Positions 36,589-50,700 of a stretch of DNA of 64,000 nt are shown in pieces. The DNA comes from Strigamia acuminata. Lineage: Eukaryota. The stretch spans positions 12,834,001-12,898,000 of the forward strand of contig OX442314.1 in assembly GCA_949358305.1 (NCBI GenBank), written 5' to 3'. Within the stretch, counting starts at the first letter, position 1, and the number at the start of each line of letters is the position of its first letter. The notes below the pieces were generated by a model that was not told where the DNA came from, ran no database searches, and saw nothing but the letters and a program-made list of their open reading frames with translations. A program made the position numbers and the translations under genes.

Positions 36589-39531
36589 GCACCTCCTGCA
36601 AGAATTGCGAGAATTTATAAATCCGCTTCTGATTTTATCGCTTTAAGAAAACGTAAAATGGAATAATTTTTTTTCTTCAAAATTTTAAATCTTTTGACAT
36701 AGATAAATGGTTTCTATGCGCTTACGCCTTTAGTTATGAGGCGGGAAAAAAGCCAATTACAGGGAATTCCTCTATTCTTTTAGTGATGCCGCAGCTATTC
36801 TAAGGCAAATGCGATGACAGAATTGGGTTGAAATTTGCATTTAATAACATGCAGCTTAGGAGTGTTTAAATCAGATTCTTACTTTTAAAGGAAAACTATA
36901 ATTTTAGTAATTCAATGATTTTTTTTAAACGGTTTTTTATTAGTTCCTGTATAATTTCCATGATTATTTGCTTTTAAATTTCATAGGAAACAATATTTTA
37001 GGTAGAAATTGTGCACATTTGCATTTTTATATTTAAAAAAAAAAAACAGAAACTAAAGTTTTATTTCCACTGTCATAACTTTTAATCATAAGACGGAAAA
37101 ACTAAATTTTTACTAAAAAGCAAACATTAATGTGCAGACAGCAAAAGTAATTCCGCATAAAGCAGAAATATTGATCGAAATTCTTTTACTCACAACAAAA
37201 AAAAATAAAAACTAATAGAATGAACAAAATAATAAAATTGCTTTCGATTTCTTATCTAAATGAGAATCGACCTACATTCTAATAATAACGTGAAACTGTG
37301 CGTTACAGAGCACACAAAAGCCGACTAATAAAAAAAAACCCAAAAAATTGCTCCAAAACCTCAAACCTTTAACAAAAATAAACAGAAATGACGGAAACAA
37401 TTACATCAACAATTCCACTAGTCACAAAACAACAATTAATCAATTGCCACTTGACTTAACTTATTTTACCAAACCAAAAACCATTAATTAAAAACGTTTG
37501 TACTCACAGTTCAACCTTGTGCCTGTTTCAGTTAATCACAACCTACCCAAAGCAATTCTCACAAAATAGACATCTGTTGTGGACACTTCGTTAACTTGCT
37601 ATACGAGCATTCCTTTAGCTTGAGAAAGACCGGAAAACTCTAAGCGACCAATGAGACAATTCAACAACTTGTAGACCTTGACCCATTACACCATTCCGTT
37701 CCAAAAGAAACTAGTTACGAAATCCCCACGAAAATCATTGAGTAATTTACAAGATTTACTTTTATCTCGACGCATTTATTGCCCGCCATAAATTTATTGT
37801 TCTTTTCCTGGTCAGCATATCGATTATTGACAGTTGAACCCCACAAATTCTAGACGCACTAATTGCTGCCACATTAAAATCCATACTAATGGTTTGTTTA
37901 CTCTGATTTTTCTTCCTTTTAAACGCCAAGAGACCCCTAGTTAATTTAAATTGCCTAATTTGTAGTTTCAAAGCTCAAATGTTGGTAGTTAATGTTACAC
38001 CGACTTTACAGTGACGCTAAGTGGATACACGGAATTGCTTTTGGATCGATAGTCGATATCAGTTTCTTGTTAAATTGATCGGTTTAAGTGGTCTGATGTG
38101 TTCTGTGGTGACTATTGACATCCTCACTTGAATCTGACTGACAGGCTCGAATTACAGCACTCAGAGCCAAGCCTCTGGGTCTTGGGGGCCCCCGATTCAA
38201 ACAGCTGGAATATTTTTCTATTTTTTGGTCACGGATTCCGAAAGTTCATTCTCGTCTCTTTTGTTGGTAAGTGGACCCCTAAATGTCCTGTGCGTGAGCA
38301 AACAGATCGATTTCAAGCGCCTGCAGAAGAAATAAGAAATGGGCTCCAGTGTTTTTCTTCTGGAAATATTTAGAAATTCTCAACTCGAGTGCAAATATAT
38401 AAAATATACGTATAATAAATTATGAAATAATGTTTCTGACATTAAAATATTCATAAAACAAATAAATGTTGTATAATTGCATGTTAAAATATGAATAATT
38501 TAGTTTGAATCAGTTCAAATATACTGTTTGTACAAATTTTGCGTACATTTCTTGCTTATAAACTATGCACGGGTAAACATGAGACCACTGGTCGCATGTA
38601 ATGCGGCTAAAAAATCGCAAAGTAACTTATGCGTGGATAATTACAAGACCACCGGTCGCATTCGAGCGATGTAAAGTTGGCCCTATATTCAGTCTCGTAA
38701 AAATGTAATATTTGCCTTATGAATGTGCAAATTTGTTGGCAAGCAAAAATTCTGGATTTAATGCGAAGAGGGGATTATTACATTGCAGCCCATTTTCATC
38801 CAAAAAGATCAAAGCGTTCAAAGATTTTTCAAATTCTTTAAAACTTTTCATATCGTTAAACTGGTATGAAATTTGGATTCAGCATGCTCGACTCAGTTCG
38901 CGCCCGGTAAACTTGATGCTAAATTCAAACTGTGCACCCCAGTCTACGCAAATATTGTGAATTATATATTTTTTTTATTGAATTTCATTGATTCATTGGT
39001 ATTAATATTTGGTTTATTTGGTTTAGTAAATTAGGCTTAATACTGATACTGACATAACATGAGTCTACGGGACTCTTATGCACAGAACGGAATGTGACGG
39101 AATGCTCAGTTTGAATTTAGCATACCAATCGAAAACAGTGGTAAACAGACGTTTAAATCCCAAGAATTGATTAAAAATTGATGACTTTAGAGCCACTGTA
39201 ATGAATTCCAAAAATAGGTAAAAGGTGACATGAAAATCACTCTTTATCTCGTTTGTGCGTAGAATATTTTAATTCTGGCACCACACGTTAATAGAACAGG
39301 ACATTCTGAACTGATTAAAAAAAATCTAATCTAAAAGACCACTTTTAAGTTAAGAAAACAGAGTAAAAGGTAAAAAGTAGACCGTTTTTTAAATTGCAAG
39401 AAAACATGTCTTTGCTTACAGCATACAAATAAGCCTATATATAGGAAACGGTGTCGCCCTCTGTGTTTCCTTGTAGGCTTGAACTAGGGGTTGTTATAAG
39501 CCCCACAACACAACAATAATGATGATATACT

Positions 39532-39850
39532 CTATAGTTTGTGCCCGGTATCTTGATACTAAATAGTACTGCGCAACCTATTCTGCACAGACGATTTTCT
39601 AATTCCAGTTGTTATTTAGCAGTATTAAGCCTAATAATACTAAAAATAAAGTAAATAAATAATAATATTTTGGTACTACGCTGTAAATTACTTTTAATAA
39701 TGAGTTATTGTTGCTTATTTACTTTATTTTAGCATTATTAGGCCTAATATTAAGCTTAATACTGCTAAATAACTGGAATTTGAAAATCGTCTGCGCAGAA
39801 TGGGATGCGCAGTACGACTTTAGCACCAAGATACCGGGTGCGGACTATAG
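39532..39850. mobile_element. Foldback-type MITE with ~130-bp inverted arms
   Basis: The left arm CTATAGTTTGTGCCCGGTATCTTG...ATAAAGTAAATAA pairs with the right arm TTATTTACTTTAT...CAAGATACCGGGTGCGGACTATAG. Confidence 0.85.
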
Positions 39851-42800
39851 GTTAAGTAACATCCAAACACAAAGAAGTCAAGGTTGAAGACCCTCAAACA
39901 CACCCGGGTGAACAAACCGCAAGTAAAACATAATGAGCTATTCGGAGCTACTTTGTATCCGGTAATTTTACGGGCAAACAAGTTGGTGTTGTGAAAGTGT
40001 TGTTGTTTGTTGAGTCACTGCTCCAAACTTTGCTTTTGCTCTTTCAAAACACCGTTATTGGGGTTTAGTTCACTAGGTGAATAAACTAAAAAAAAAAAGT
40101 AATCTGTGAAAGTAAATCAGATTATGTGTTTGTTTTAGTCATCGCTTTCAGTTGGAGAAAATTACTAACCCACTTTACAGAAGGAATGTCCTGAATTTTA
40201 CTCTAATTTTTTAATTTAATAACTCAGTATTTCACAAAATACATTTTATTACAGTAATTTAATTTAAAAATTGTTCTCTATTTATATTTTAATAAAAATA
40301 TCATTCCAGGAAATAAATTGCATCCTGATCTTTATTAGTTCCTTAATGATCTTCGTGTTTTAACCCAACTTACTCGCTTTTAACCTCAAAAAACAAGTTT
40401 TCAAGAAATTTAACTAAAAGTACAATTTATTGTAAACGAAATGCCGAAAAAAAAAAAACCAGTCCGAGTCCGCTAATATTTCTTCCTTAAAAAAAAATAA
40501 ATTTCCACGAAAGGCAAATTAGTCCAATTAATTATTATGCCTAAAACACCCTTTCTCGAGTCTTGAGCCTTAATAGCTTCGACCCAGTCGTGCACTCATC
40601 CAAATGAACAAACTGGCAAAAATACAGGTCAAAGAGCGCCCGGAAGTCAAAACCATCAATTAACAGACATCTATTTTACCTTGACATTCACCAATAACTC
40701 ATTAATGGCATTTTGTTTCAAGTTCACAACAACCTAGATTAATATTTCCCATAATTATTCAAATTTATTTGCATACATTTCACCTCAATGACCATCGAAA
40801 GCTTTTCGACCTTCATCGGGTCATTTAACTAAATCACAACAAGAAAAAACATGAAAAAACATGAAAAAAACAACCAAATCTCCCATTTTTATCGGCTTAT
40901 ACACAAACTAGAAACTTCTAGGGAGTTATTAGGGTATTGAACTGCCATATTACTGCAACCAGTTGCGAGATGTGCAATTCTTCGTGGGGAGTTTTTCTAA
41001 TTACAGAACATAAGCGTCTAAGGACCTCAACGTAAAGTCAGAAGAGGCGGGAAATATTCCGTACGACAAATCTTGGCATTGGGAAACGAGTTTTAGGTCA
41101 GGCGGTTAAAGACCTCACGCACAGTGTCTCCACCCGAGTCTCACTCCAGTCAAAAGGCAATGGGTGTGGTCCATCAATCACTAGGAAGCTTCAAAAATCA
41201 CACGTCGAGAGTGGAAGGAAAAAAATTAATAAGCTTATTAATTTTTTTTATTAAAATCTGAATTTTGCATTTTTAAATTCTATGAATTTAATAGAGTTAT
41301 TATTGACAAGTTAAAAACATCCTCGTTTGCTTAAGAATGTTTAAATGACAGCTTGTCAACATTTCAATTCCAACCAGTTCACCTTGGCATTGATGTTCGA
41401 TAATGTGTAAATTTAGATTTGCATCTCATCTTCCGTGAAATTAGAATGGATGTTATTGAATAGAGAAATAAAAGGTGTGAATATAGAACGTGACCTTTAT
41501 TTTGTTGAAAAAATAATTTCTGCGTTTGTGCAAACGAAATGACATCACAACGAGACAAAATAAGCCTAACAACTTATAAATAATCGCTATTTATTTAATT
41601 TAATTTTATTAATCAATTAAATTTGATTAATTATTTATTTTTTTTGATTTTATTTATTAATTTTGTCATTCCAAGTTGCTGTTTCTAACGATTTTTTAAG
41701 AAATATTATTTTAGCTTTAAATAGCTATTTTCATACCCAATTTAACATAACGTCACTAAAAAGACTTCCCTATCTGTAACCCAATTGCCTTACTTTTTCA
41801 TTTGCCTTTAGGCAAACTTTATACAGGGATAAAAGATGAGCTTATTTCCATAAGTGTTGATACCGTACACGATAGATACCACACACTTTACAACTAGTAT
41901 ATCAACACGTCGAAGACTGAAACATTAATGATCATCTGTAAAAGGTCAGTTTACTTTGATTTCAAAGTTCCTTATACATCTGCTAGAACTCTATAATTTA
42001 AATATATTGAACCCAAACAAAGGTCCACTTGGCCTCAAAAAATATTTTTATTTCTTCGACTCTTTTTTGAACTCTTTTTTCTTTATCTGGAAATCAATCT
42101 CTATCATTCTAATCGTAACAAATGATTGAATGCAATCGAACATGACACCTAAAACGGATAAAAAATGACCCGGGTCGGTAAAAAATTGAACTTTTTTCCC
42201 AAATTTAATTCTAAAAAAAAAAACCGAACAAATAAATAATAAAAAAAAAGATTGATTAATATTGACCCCGCTTAAAAGTCAAGTAGGCTTCACTGCACGA
42301 CTTTCTTTCAATTTCTCAGTTCTCACCATTGAGTCGAGCCTCTCAGAAACACAATGCACAAACTCAAACACTAAAAATCAAAGAATTAAATTAAAAAATA
42401 AATAATAATAATAATAAAAATTAAAATCGCTTTCTTGCTCGTGCCGGATATGAACTAATAATGAACAAAATGCAATAAATGCATATGTACAGAAAAAAAT
42501 TAGAGCATGACGAAAATATTCGAGAAAACCCGGTACTAACATTTCTCAATTGACATTAAGAAATAAAAATTTTCATTTCACCAATTCAATAAATAAATGA
42601 ATTAAATTTTCAATTTAAAATTCAAAGTCACTGCACTAATGTTATTTTTAACTAAAAATTCAGTGTCCTCAATGGCCTTATGCGGGTTCATCAGTTTGCT
42701 TTTGGTGTGGTATTGCATCGAGTATATCTTCCACTCAGTTGATTGAACCTTACGGTCAGTGGTCTGCAAAGCAAACTTATTCTTATACCTTTTCAAATAT

Positions 42801-43674
42801 TTATTTTTTCCATCTTGATGCAAACTCCCCATCTTCATCTATGACGCAATTTGACGTGTTAAGCGAGCAATATGCGCTGCAGCAAAAACAACATTTTCAT
42901 TTTTATTTCAAATTTACCTCAACAATTTTCCTTAAACTTCTCAACACCAATTCATCCATTAAGATTTTTTTCTCCTTCCATTTTCTTGCACATTCATCCA
43001 AACTTTCTCAAATTATCAAGCAAAAATGAAATGTTCCCTCACACTCCTACGCAATCTTTTGTTTGCACACAAGAAAACATTTTTCAATCTCCACCTACAA
43101 AGTAAAAACTTTAACCTACAATCTAAAAGGGAATGAAGGGCAAATATATATTGATGGAAAAAGACCTAGCCTAATTACTCAAAGATCCATTGTCTACTTA
43201 ACGGAGTAGGAAAATCACCTTGTGGTATTAAGTCCACCTGACACAGCGCTTGAGGTTGGGTCAATTTATAAGTTCAAGATAAAGAAAGATATTAAAAAAT
43301 AAAATAAAAAATATCAGAATTTGTGTTACTAGGTAAACAATAACTTGATTATTTAGGTCCAGACAGCAAAAACCTCGGGTGTTTGCCGATGGTCTCTTTT
43401 TGTACACCAACTGCGTGATAAATCAATGAGAAATAAAGACGAGTTGGTGTTCAAAAGTGGAAGCGTGCTGGGCCCATAACCTTTGTTGGTGTAATCCACA
43501 GGATAAATGCCGGAGCAAATTTCATCTCGACATGTTTATTAATTTTGTTTACACAACAAAATGTACCACTAGTAATATCATACATTGATACCAATATTCA
43601 CGTTACAACAAAACAATGTTTAACTAACACACCTGAGCAGTGTGAAAACTTTTCGAACAACTAGAAGTATAAAT

Positions 43675-43940
43675 ATAAGTAATGCGACACTTTCGCATGG
43701 TCATGTCCCCGTATAAGCAGAGTGCTTCTCTGGGAATTTAATCCACGCAAGCCACAATCTGTGCAATGACTGCATTTACACCAATAACTGGAAAAACCAC
43801 AAAAAATTCAGTTAAAGGCGGGTGGCAGATGTTCTTGCCGTAGAAACAGTATCGCGGTCACACAAAGATGAAAAATAACCCATCCAAGTACTGACCAGAC
43901 CCAATGCTGCTTAACTTTTGTGTTCTAACGGAAACGGATG
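43675..43940 (-). mobile_element. 5S-rRNA-derived SINE (SINE3-type), copy 2
   Basis: The minus strand reads CATCCGTTTCCGTTAGAACACAAAAGTTAAGCAGCATTGGGTCTGGTCAGTACTTGGATGGGT (5S boxes A and C). It is followed by GCAAGAACATCT-GCCAYCC-TTTAACT and later blocks shared with copy 1. Confidence 0.75.
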
Positions 43941-44778
43941 ATCAGCTGCTGCTAAATAAAAAAAAACAAAAAGCTGGCGTTGTTTTTACAACCAAATATT
44001 TAATTAGATCCAGCAGCAAATGGCTGCTTTTTATGCTAATGCATCAGCCAGCGCCTGCATGAATGTAAATTCTGAATTTAAAACAGCAAAATTTCAATCC
44101 TAATGTGACCTTTGCACAAGTGGATCGTTGACCAAAAGAAATAGGAAATTATATACCCGGTGCAAATCCATCAAAATTCAAATTCGGTCAAAGATTTTAA
44201 GCTAAATTGAAAACATTGCTTCCTCCTTCCAATCGAAAATCTTCCTTTCGTTAACATTTATCACTATCAGACCAATAAATCCCAATTTACCCTTTCACTA
44301 CCGAACAAACAAAAAGGAAAAAAAGCAGAATCATTTTCCTACATCATTATCATGGGTAGACAAATTGTCGACCTATTGTCACAACCAAATTTTACGACTG
44401 CTTGAACTTCCTATTCGAAATAATTTTCCCTGTTCCATTCTAGATTTCCAGTTTATTGTTTCAATATCTAGGACTTTTCAAATCACTAAACAACACCTTA
44501 TCGCAGACACCAAAAATAAAACAATTTTTATAATTTGCCAAACAAACATTCGCCTTTTGACCACCCGCTCTTTTCCTCCCACATGGATTGCGTTTACTTG
44601 CGAGCGGAATGAGGCCAGTGTCTTTCAGTTCATTTCTTTGTAAACTTCCGCACGTTCGTTTTCAGTGTTAACTCGAAACTCAATGCAACAGCATCATAGG
44701 AAACCATTGTACGACTAAAAGAAAACCCCGATATAGTCTTCGACACAAATACTCCCATTAAGAAGCAATTAAACCGCG

Positions 44779-47700
44779 ATGCTATTAAGGTAAGACGAGA
44801 AATTCAATAACAAATATTTAAAAATATTATTCCAATCATTTTGGATGGACAAGAAATTACAGGCGTGAGAAGAGTTATTCACATTTATTGCTAAATCGAG
44901 TTTTCCAGAAGAGAAACCGCCCAAAAGTGAAAAATTATTGCTTCATTTTTCATGTTTTCTAGGTCAAATCCGCTTTATATAAATTATATACTCAATTTGA
45001 TTTAAAATTACACTTTCCTACTTTATAATTTCCCTCTTGATGTGGTGGGTATTGCACGAAGTGACACGTTTTCCACAAAAATTGATGAAATGATCGACGA
45101 CTTGCTGCGAAACTTCCCATTTCAAAATCACCATGCTTACATAAAAATAGCTTCATTTCCATCATTTTTAGCTCGCTTTAATCCAATCATAAAACTTTCT
45201 CAAACTTTTCCATTCAAAAAAAAACTTTTATGATCTATTAATGCGCTAATACCCGCCTTCATAAACCTGTAACAGAAACCCATAAGAAAAAGCCGTAATC
45301 AAAACAATGAAAGAAAAGAAGACAAAAAAACTCGACTATAGAAAATGGAGTCATTAAACCCCGTAAATTACGAAATATTTTGCATTTGTGCATTAGTGAC
45401 TCACAAACCAATAAAGCCATGTCCAGAATAAGTTTAGCATTCAGCCAGGTCAAATGATCGTTGATAGTGATATAGAATAGGCAGCTATGGCTTAATATGG
45501 GCAACCATCCATCCAGACTATAGAAACGTCTCGATGTGATTTGTCGAATAGGCCAAGGTTAATCAAACGTGTTTGTCGCTTTTATTGTGCTACTATTTGT
45601 CACCAATGTTGTGTTAACATGTGAGAAAAATTCTAGTTTCCTCTGTCTAACAACTTGTTTTCTGCTTTATTTTCAAGACATTTGCCATTGTTTTTACTTC
45701 TGGTCAACATCAATGTGATTGCAAAAAAGAAAAGTTCAACAGTCAAAGCAGGTAAAATTGATTTTTTTTTTAGAAATTTCAAAATTTCGAATTTTTTCCG
45801 AAATTTTTCGAAATTCATCAAATTTATTTCCCGAAATTTTTCGAAATTCATCAAATGTTTTCCCGAGATTTTTCGAAATTCATCAAATTTTATCCCGAAA
45901 TTTTTCAAAATTCATCAAATTTTTTTTCCCGAAATTTTTCGAATTTCATCCAATTTTTTTCCCGAAATTTTTCAAAATTCATCCAATTTTTTTTCTCGAA
46001 ATTTTTCAAAATTTATCAAATTTTTTCCCCGAAATTTTTCGAAATTCATCAAATGTTTTCCCGCGATTTTTCGAAATTTATCCAATTTTTTTCCAAAATT
46101 TTCCGAAATTTATCAATTTTTTTTTCCGAAATTTATCAAATTTCTTTCCGAAGTTTATCAAATTTTTTTCCGAATTTTATCAAATTTCTTTCGAAATTTA
46201 TCAAATTTCTTTCCGAAATTTATCAAATTTTTTTCCGAAATTTATAAATTTCTTTCCGAAATTTTTCGAAATTTTGAATTTGAGCGCCTCTGATTTCCGC
46301 AGACATGTGTGGCAACCAGAGAACAGATAGGATCGGTCAACCTATAAATCTTTTTTCCATCTAATATAGGTAGACGATTCCTGGAAATCCATCCTCCTCC
46401 GATAGATTTGGGCGCGTTTCCAGCTGATTACTTGCCCATCCCTTCGGGTCCCTGTGACACCGAAGCGCCTTACCGCACAATAGATGGCTCCTGCAATAAT
46501 TTAGACTTCCCAACATGGGGTCAAGCGAGAATCCCATTTATTCGGTTCATTCCTCCGGACTATGCTGATGGTAATCTCGACACTTCTCCCTCATTTCACT
46601 TTCACACATCGGTGAACCTTTGACTCCACACATTAAAGGATTACAATTTCTTTTTTACCCAGTAATTAATGCGTCCTTTCAAACACAGATATCAAGCTGT
46701 GTTTTAAAATTAGCCCACTTAAAACAGAAATGGTACCAGCATTCTTTTATAATTAGATCAAACGGATATCCCTTAGAGTTCACATATTTGTTGTGTGGAA
46801 TTAAGTGTGTGAAAGTTATCTCGTGAATTTTAAACGATTCTAGGTGTCGATGCACCTCGAGCTCGCAAAGATGGAAGTCCATTGCCCAATGCTCGCATTG
46901 TGGGTCTCGCGATTAATGAGGACCTGCCGGTCGAGACGCCTTTCTTCACCACACTATTTGTTATGTGGGGTCAGTTCATTAATCACGACATCAATAACAA
47001 ACTGGAAGTCAAAGGTACAAGTAGAATACAATGTGCGTAGTCACGAATCGACAACTAACTCCACATGTTCACATCGCAGCGATGGATGGCAGCGACTTGA
47101 ATTGCTGTTTTCCGGACGAGACACCAAACCCAGATCCAGGATGCCTGCCGATCATGTTGACCAAAAATGACCCGTTTTTTAGCCAATTTGGACGGGCGTG
47201 CATGCACATGGCACGTTCGGCTGCATTTCCAAGCCCATACATTGGTATATATACCGGAAAAAGACAAAACCCATATGGTTCAAAAATATATTTTACAATA
47301 TGTTGCTTTTCATGTAATGCATTCCAAAATGTATAGCATTTCACAGAATTAAGTACAGTAAATAATGCAATTGAAAACTGCATTTTGTAAGTGCATTCAT
47401 GTTTGACAAATATTGGAAATGCAACGCAATGCAAACTAATAGCACGCAAAATTGAAGTACAAAATGCATTCGCGTACACTGGAATTAAGAAAGAAAGCAA
47501 ACAGGTCTTTACTCCTTGAAAACCAATGCTTTACTGATTTAATAATACAAATGATGCAAACAAAGAAAACTTAGAATAATGAAAGCACACATTCATGTGT
47601 CAATATGATTTTAATGTAATTTTGAACCATGTGGCAATAGTGGCCGGGGCTGTTATTCGAGCCCTGGTCACTATTTAAATTTTTTTTTTATCTAAAATTT

Positions 47701-50700
47701 AAGCGGTTATCGTTACAAAACAGGTTATCGTGAAAACATCAACAATAATTCGGCGTTTATTGATGCGTCTACGTTGTACGGCTCGGATGCAATTCAAGCC
47801 GCCGAACTGCGGACGTTTAAAAAGGGTTTGCTTCACTGCAGAGCACTTTTAGCAATTTAGTTGTATGACTCGTCATTAATCTTCCATAGGCTTAATGAGG
47901 AGCATGGACGTACCCGTTGGAAAACCAGTTTTACCCTTAACTGGCACGTCTATTGCGTGTGTAAGCATTACAGGCGCGTGTTACTTGACGGGTAAGTGAA
48001 TTATTTTTTTAATTTCACAAAATTTCGCATTTCACAAATTTCGATGCGCAGGTGATTTCCGTGCAAATATGCTTCCACCTTTGACTTCACTGCACATTAT
48101 GCTAATGCGTGAGCATAATCGAATAGCGACTGAATTAAATCGATTGAATCCACATTGGCAGGATGAAAGACTTTATCAAGTAAATATTAAGAGTTAAAAC
48201 AATAAAACGCCGCGTTTCATTCAAAAATTCAATTAAGAACTTGAACCGCATTCAAAACGGCGTTTAAAGAGTTTTTGTTTCAGTTTCCCTTTTTTGAGAT
48301 AATATTTTCAGTTCAAGTATATTGCTTTGAGCTTTCCAATCGGTGGGGGGGAGGGGGGAGTGTGGCAAGTATTCAAAAACACTCAGAAATTCCAGTCACA
48401 ACTCGCTGAAATTGAAACTTGCAAAAAGGTGAAACGTGAACTTCCCAGACATCCGATATTAACATAAACCGCGAGTGTTGCTCTGCTTTGAAGGTGTGCA
48501 AACGTTGCATGTCTCGGTGGATGCCGTTGAAGCAAGAACAAATGGCTACCAAAAACATTTCCGCCTATTTATTGCTAAAACGCCATTCACACTATCCCGA
48601 CATCGCAAGAGAAATCCAAGTTAAAAATGTTCGTGATAATTATTAGAGAAAATTGGGCATTCGAGCGGGATTTTATCTATCATACGTGACCTGCAAAAAG
48701 ATTGGCAGTAAACAGCCTAAATGGCAGCGGAAGGGAGCACAAGGCCTTACTTGTGACACCAGATGAAGCAGCACCGAATGCTGGATGACAATGGTGCCGT
48801 TGGAGCCCAAGGTCGTAGGACTTCACCTAAGGAAGACAAGTGCACTCTACTCTTAAAACGAGATTTTTGGATCCAGTTGTACCGTTCATGCCCAGTAACT
48901 TTATGCTATACTCTAGTTGCACTCAAAAAGGCACCTCACAATGTGTACTCCCATTGGTCGAGCCAGTTTACTGGTGTAGTGATCCAAAAAAGTAGACCCA
49001 AACACCAGAATTGCATTATAATGTACAGACATTGTAATCGATTGCCTAGGCAATGGCCTAAAATTCAAACTTCCAGACGATGTAAGCAATAAACACAACG
49101 AACATGAGTTTGACATTTTTTAATGTGTAAAACTTCATTTTAATGATGGAAATAACATTTTTTATGAAATAAAATCAAAATAACATAAACTAAATTAGTC
49201 ATAACAATCACAACAATAAAAAAAAAAAAAACTACTTCTCCTAGTAGTAGTATACAGTCTGGAGTTAGTAGTAAACTGGCTCGACCAATGAGAGTACACA
49301 TCGTGAGGTGCCTTCTTGAGTGCAACTCGAGTATAGATACCAGTCTGCGTAGACAGTTCAAATTGTAACTTATATTTTATTAAATATTTACTTCATTTAA
49401 AAAAGTAATGGACCCAAATTTGCGATGTCCAAATTTGCGGTCGCAAACTGTAACTGAATTCAAATGTAAATTTTGAACTTTTTCAATTTTAGGAGTCTCG
49501 AAGAATAGTGAGTGCACTGGTTCAACACATCACTTACAATGAATATCTGCCGTTGGTTCTGAGTCCCGAATACTTGAAAGTGTTTGATTTATTCGTGGAA
49601 AAATACAGTTATTACAAAGGCTATGATCCCACCATCAATCCTTCAATCGACAACGCATTTGCAGCAGCTGCATACCGATTTGGCCACAGTCTCATACAAG
49701 GCAGTTTCCATAGGTACATCAATTTCCAAACACATTGAACAATCCTCGTTCATCCCGCGTCGCTTTCCTCTTCGATTTCTTTGCAGATATCACCCAAACC
49801 ATAAAAAAATCCCCAAAGCAGCGCCACCTCTCGGGTTGGAATTACGAGAACCTTTAGCCATTTTCAATGGAGAATTAGATAAGATTGCAATTGGACTCAC
49901 GAACCAGAGGTCACGTGAGAGGGATGAACATTTCACCACTCAGGTTCTGATTGATGAGAAAATAAATCTCGACAAACGTGCAATTCTTTTCTACTTTTAA
50001 CCGCTCAATCCGTAGGTGACCAACTATCTCTTCCTAAACCGCACTCTCGGCATCGGATCGGGTCTTGACCTGCTTGCAATCAACATCAACAGGGGACGTG
50101 ATAACGGCATTCCGGGATACAACGATTGGAGAGAATATTGCGGAGTTGGCCGACTTCGAACTTTTGATGATCTATATGGGACGATGCCAGAACGCGTCAT
50201 TCACACTTTTGCCGAGCTTTATGGGTAAGAAATAAGAGTTTAACGGTAATGACGCTCATTTCCATACTTTTGTCATTCACCACCTTTAAGTGATAACGTG
50301 GTAAAGCACAGGAAGGCGCGGTTTAATGCGCAAATTGATTTTTTTTTCCTTCTTCTTCGCGCTTAGGAGGCACGAGAAAGGAGAAGTGAGTGTGGAATGG
50401 TAATAATAGAGAGTAATAGTCACTGGTGCTAAACATAAACATGAGTATTTTCATGTGGTCATTACTATTGGGTAGTGCTGAGTGTTTTCAATCTGTTGAA
50501 GAGAGATGGAACTAAAAATGCAGAGTTTTTCTCTCGGAAGATCAATATCTTATTTACACTTTTCATATGTTGAGTAGTAAAAGAAGGAAGCAAAACTGAT
50601 GCAGTGCAAATAGTTTTTCTGAAATACATAGCTTAGGCATTCCCAATAGGATTGCCGATATTTCTTAAGTCACATGACTGCGCTGATAGCTGATAGGTCA

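Noticed and set aside
45637..45677. Upstream acceptor at 45636 for the gene 4 signal exon
   Set aside because: It is phase 0 and does not fit the upstream ATG exon. The acceptor at 45677 has a better pyrimidine tract and the conserved phase 2.
45633..46330. Overlapping 91-212 aa ORFs rich in F/S/K/N/E
   Set aside because: They are translations of a stop-poor minisatellite. Only 45678-45751 is a real exon.
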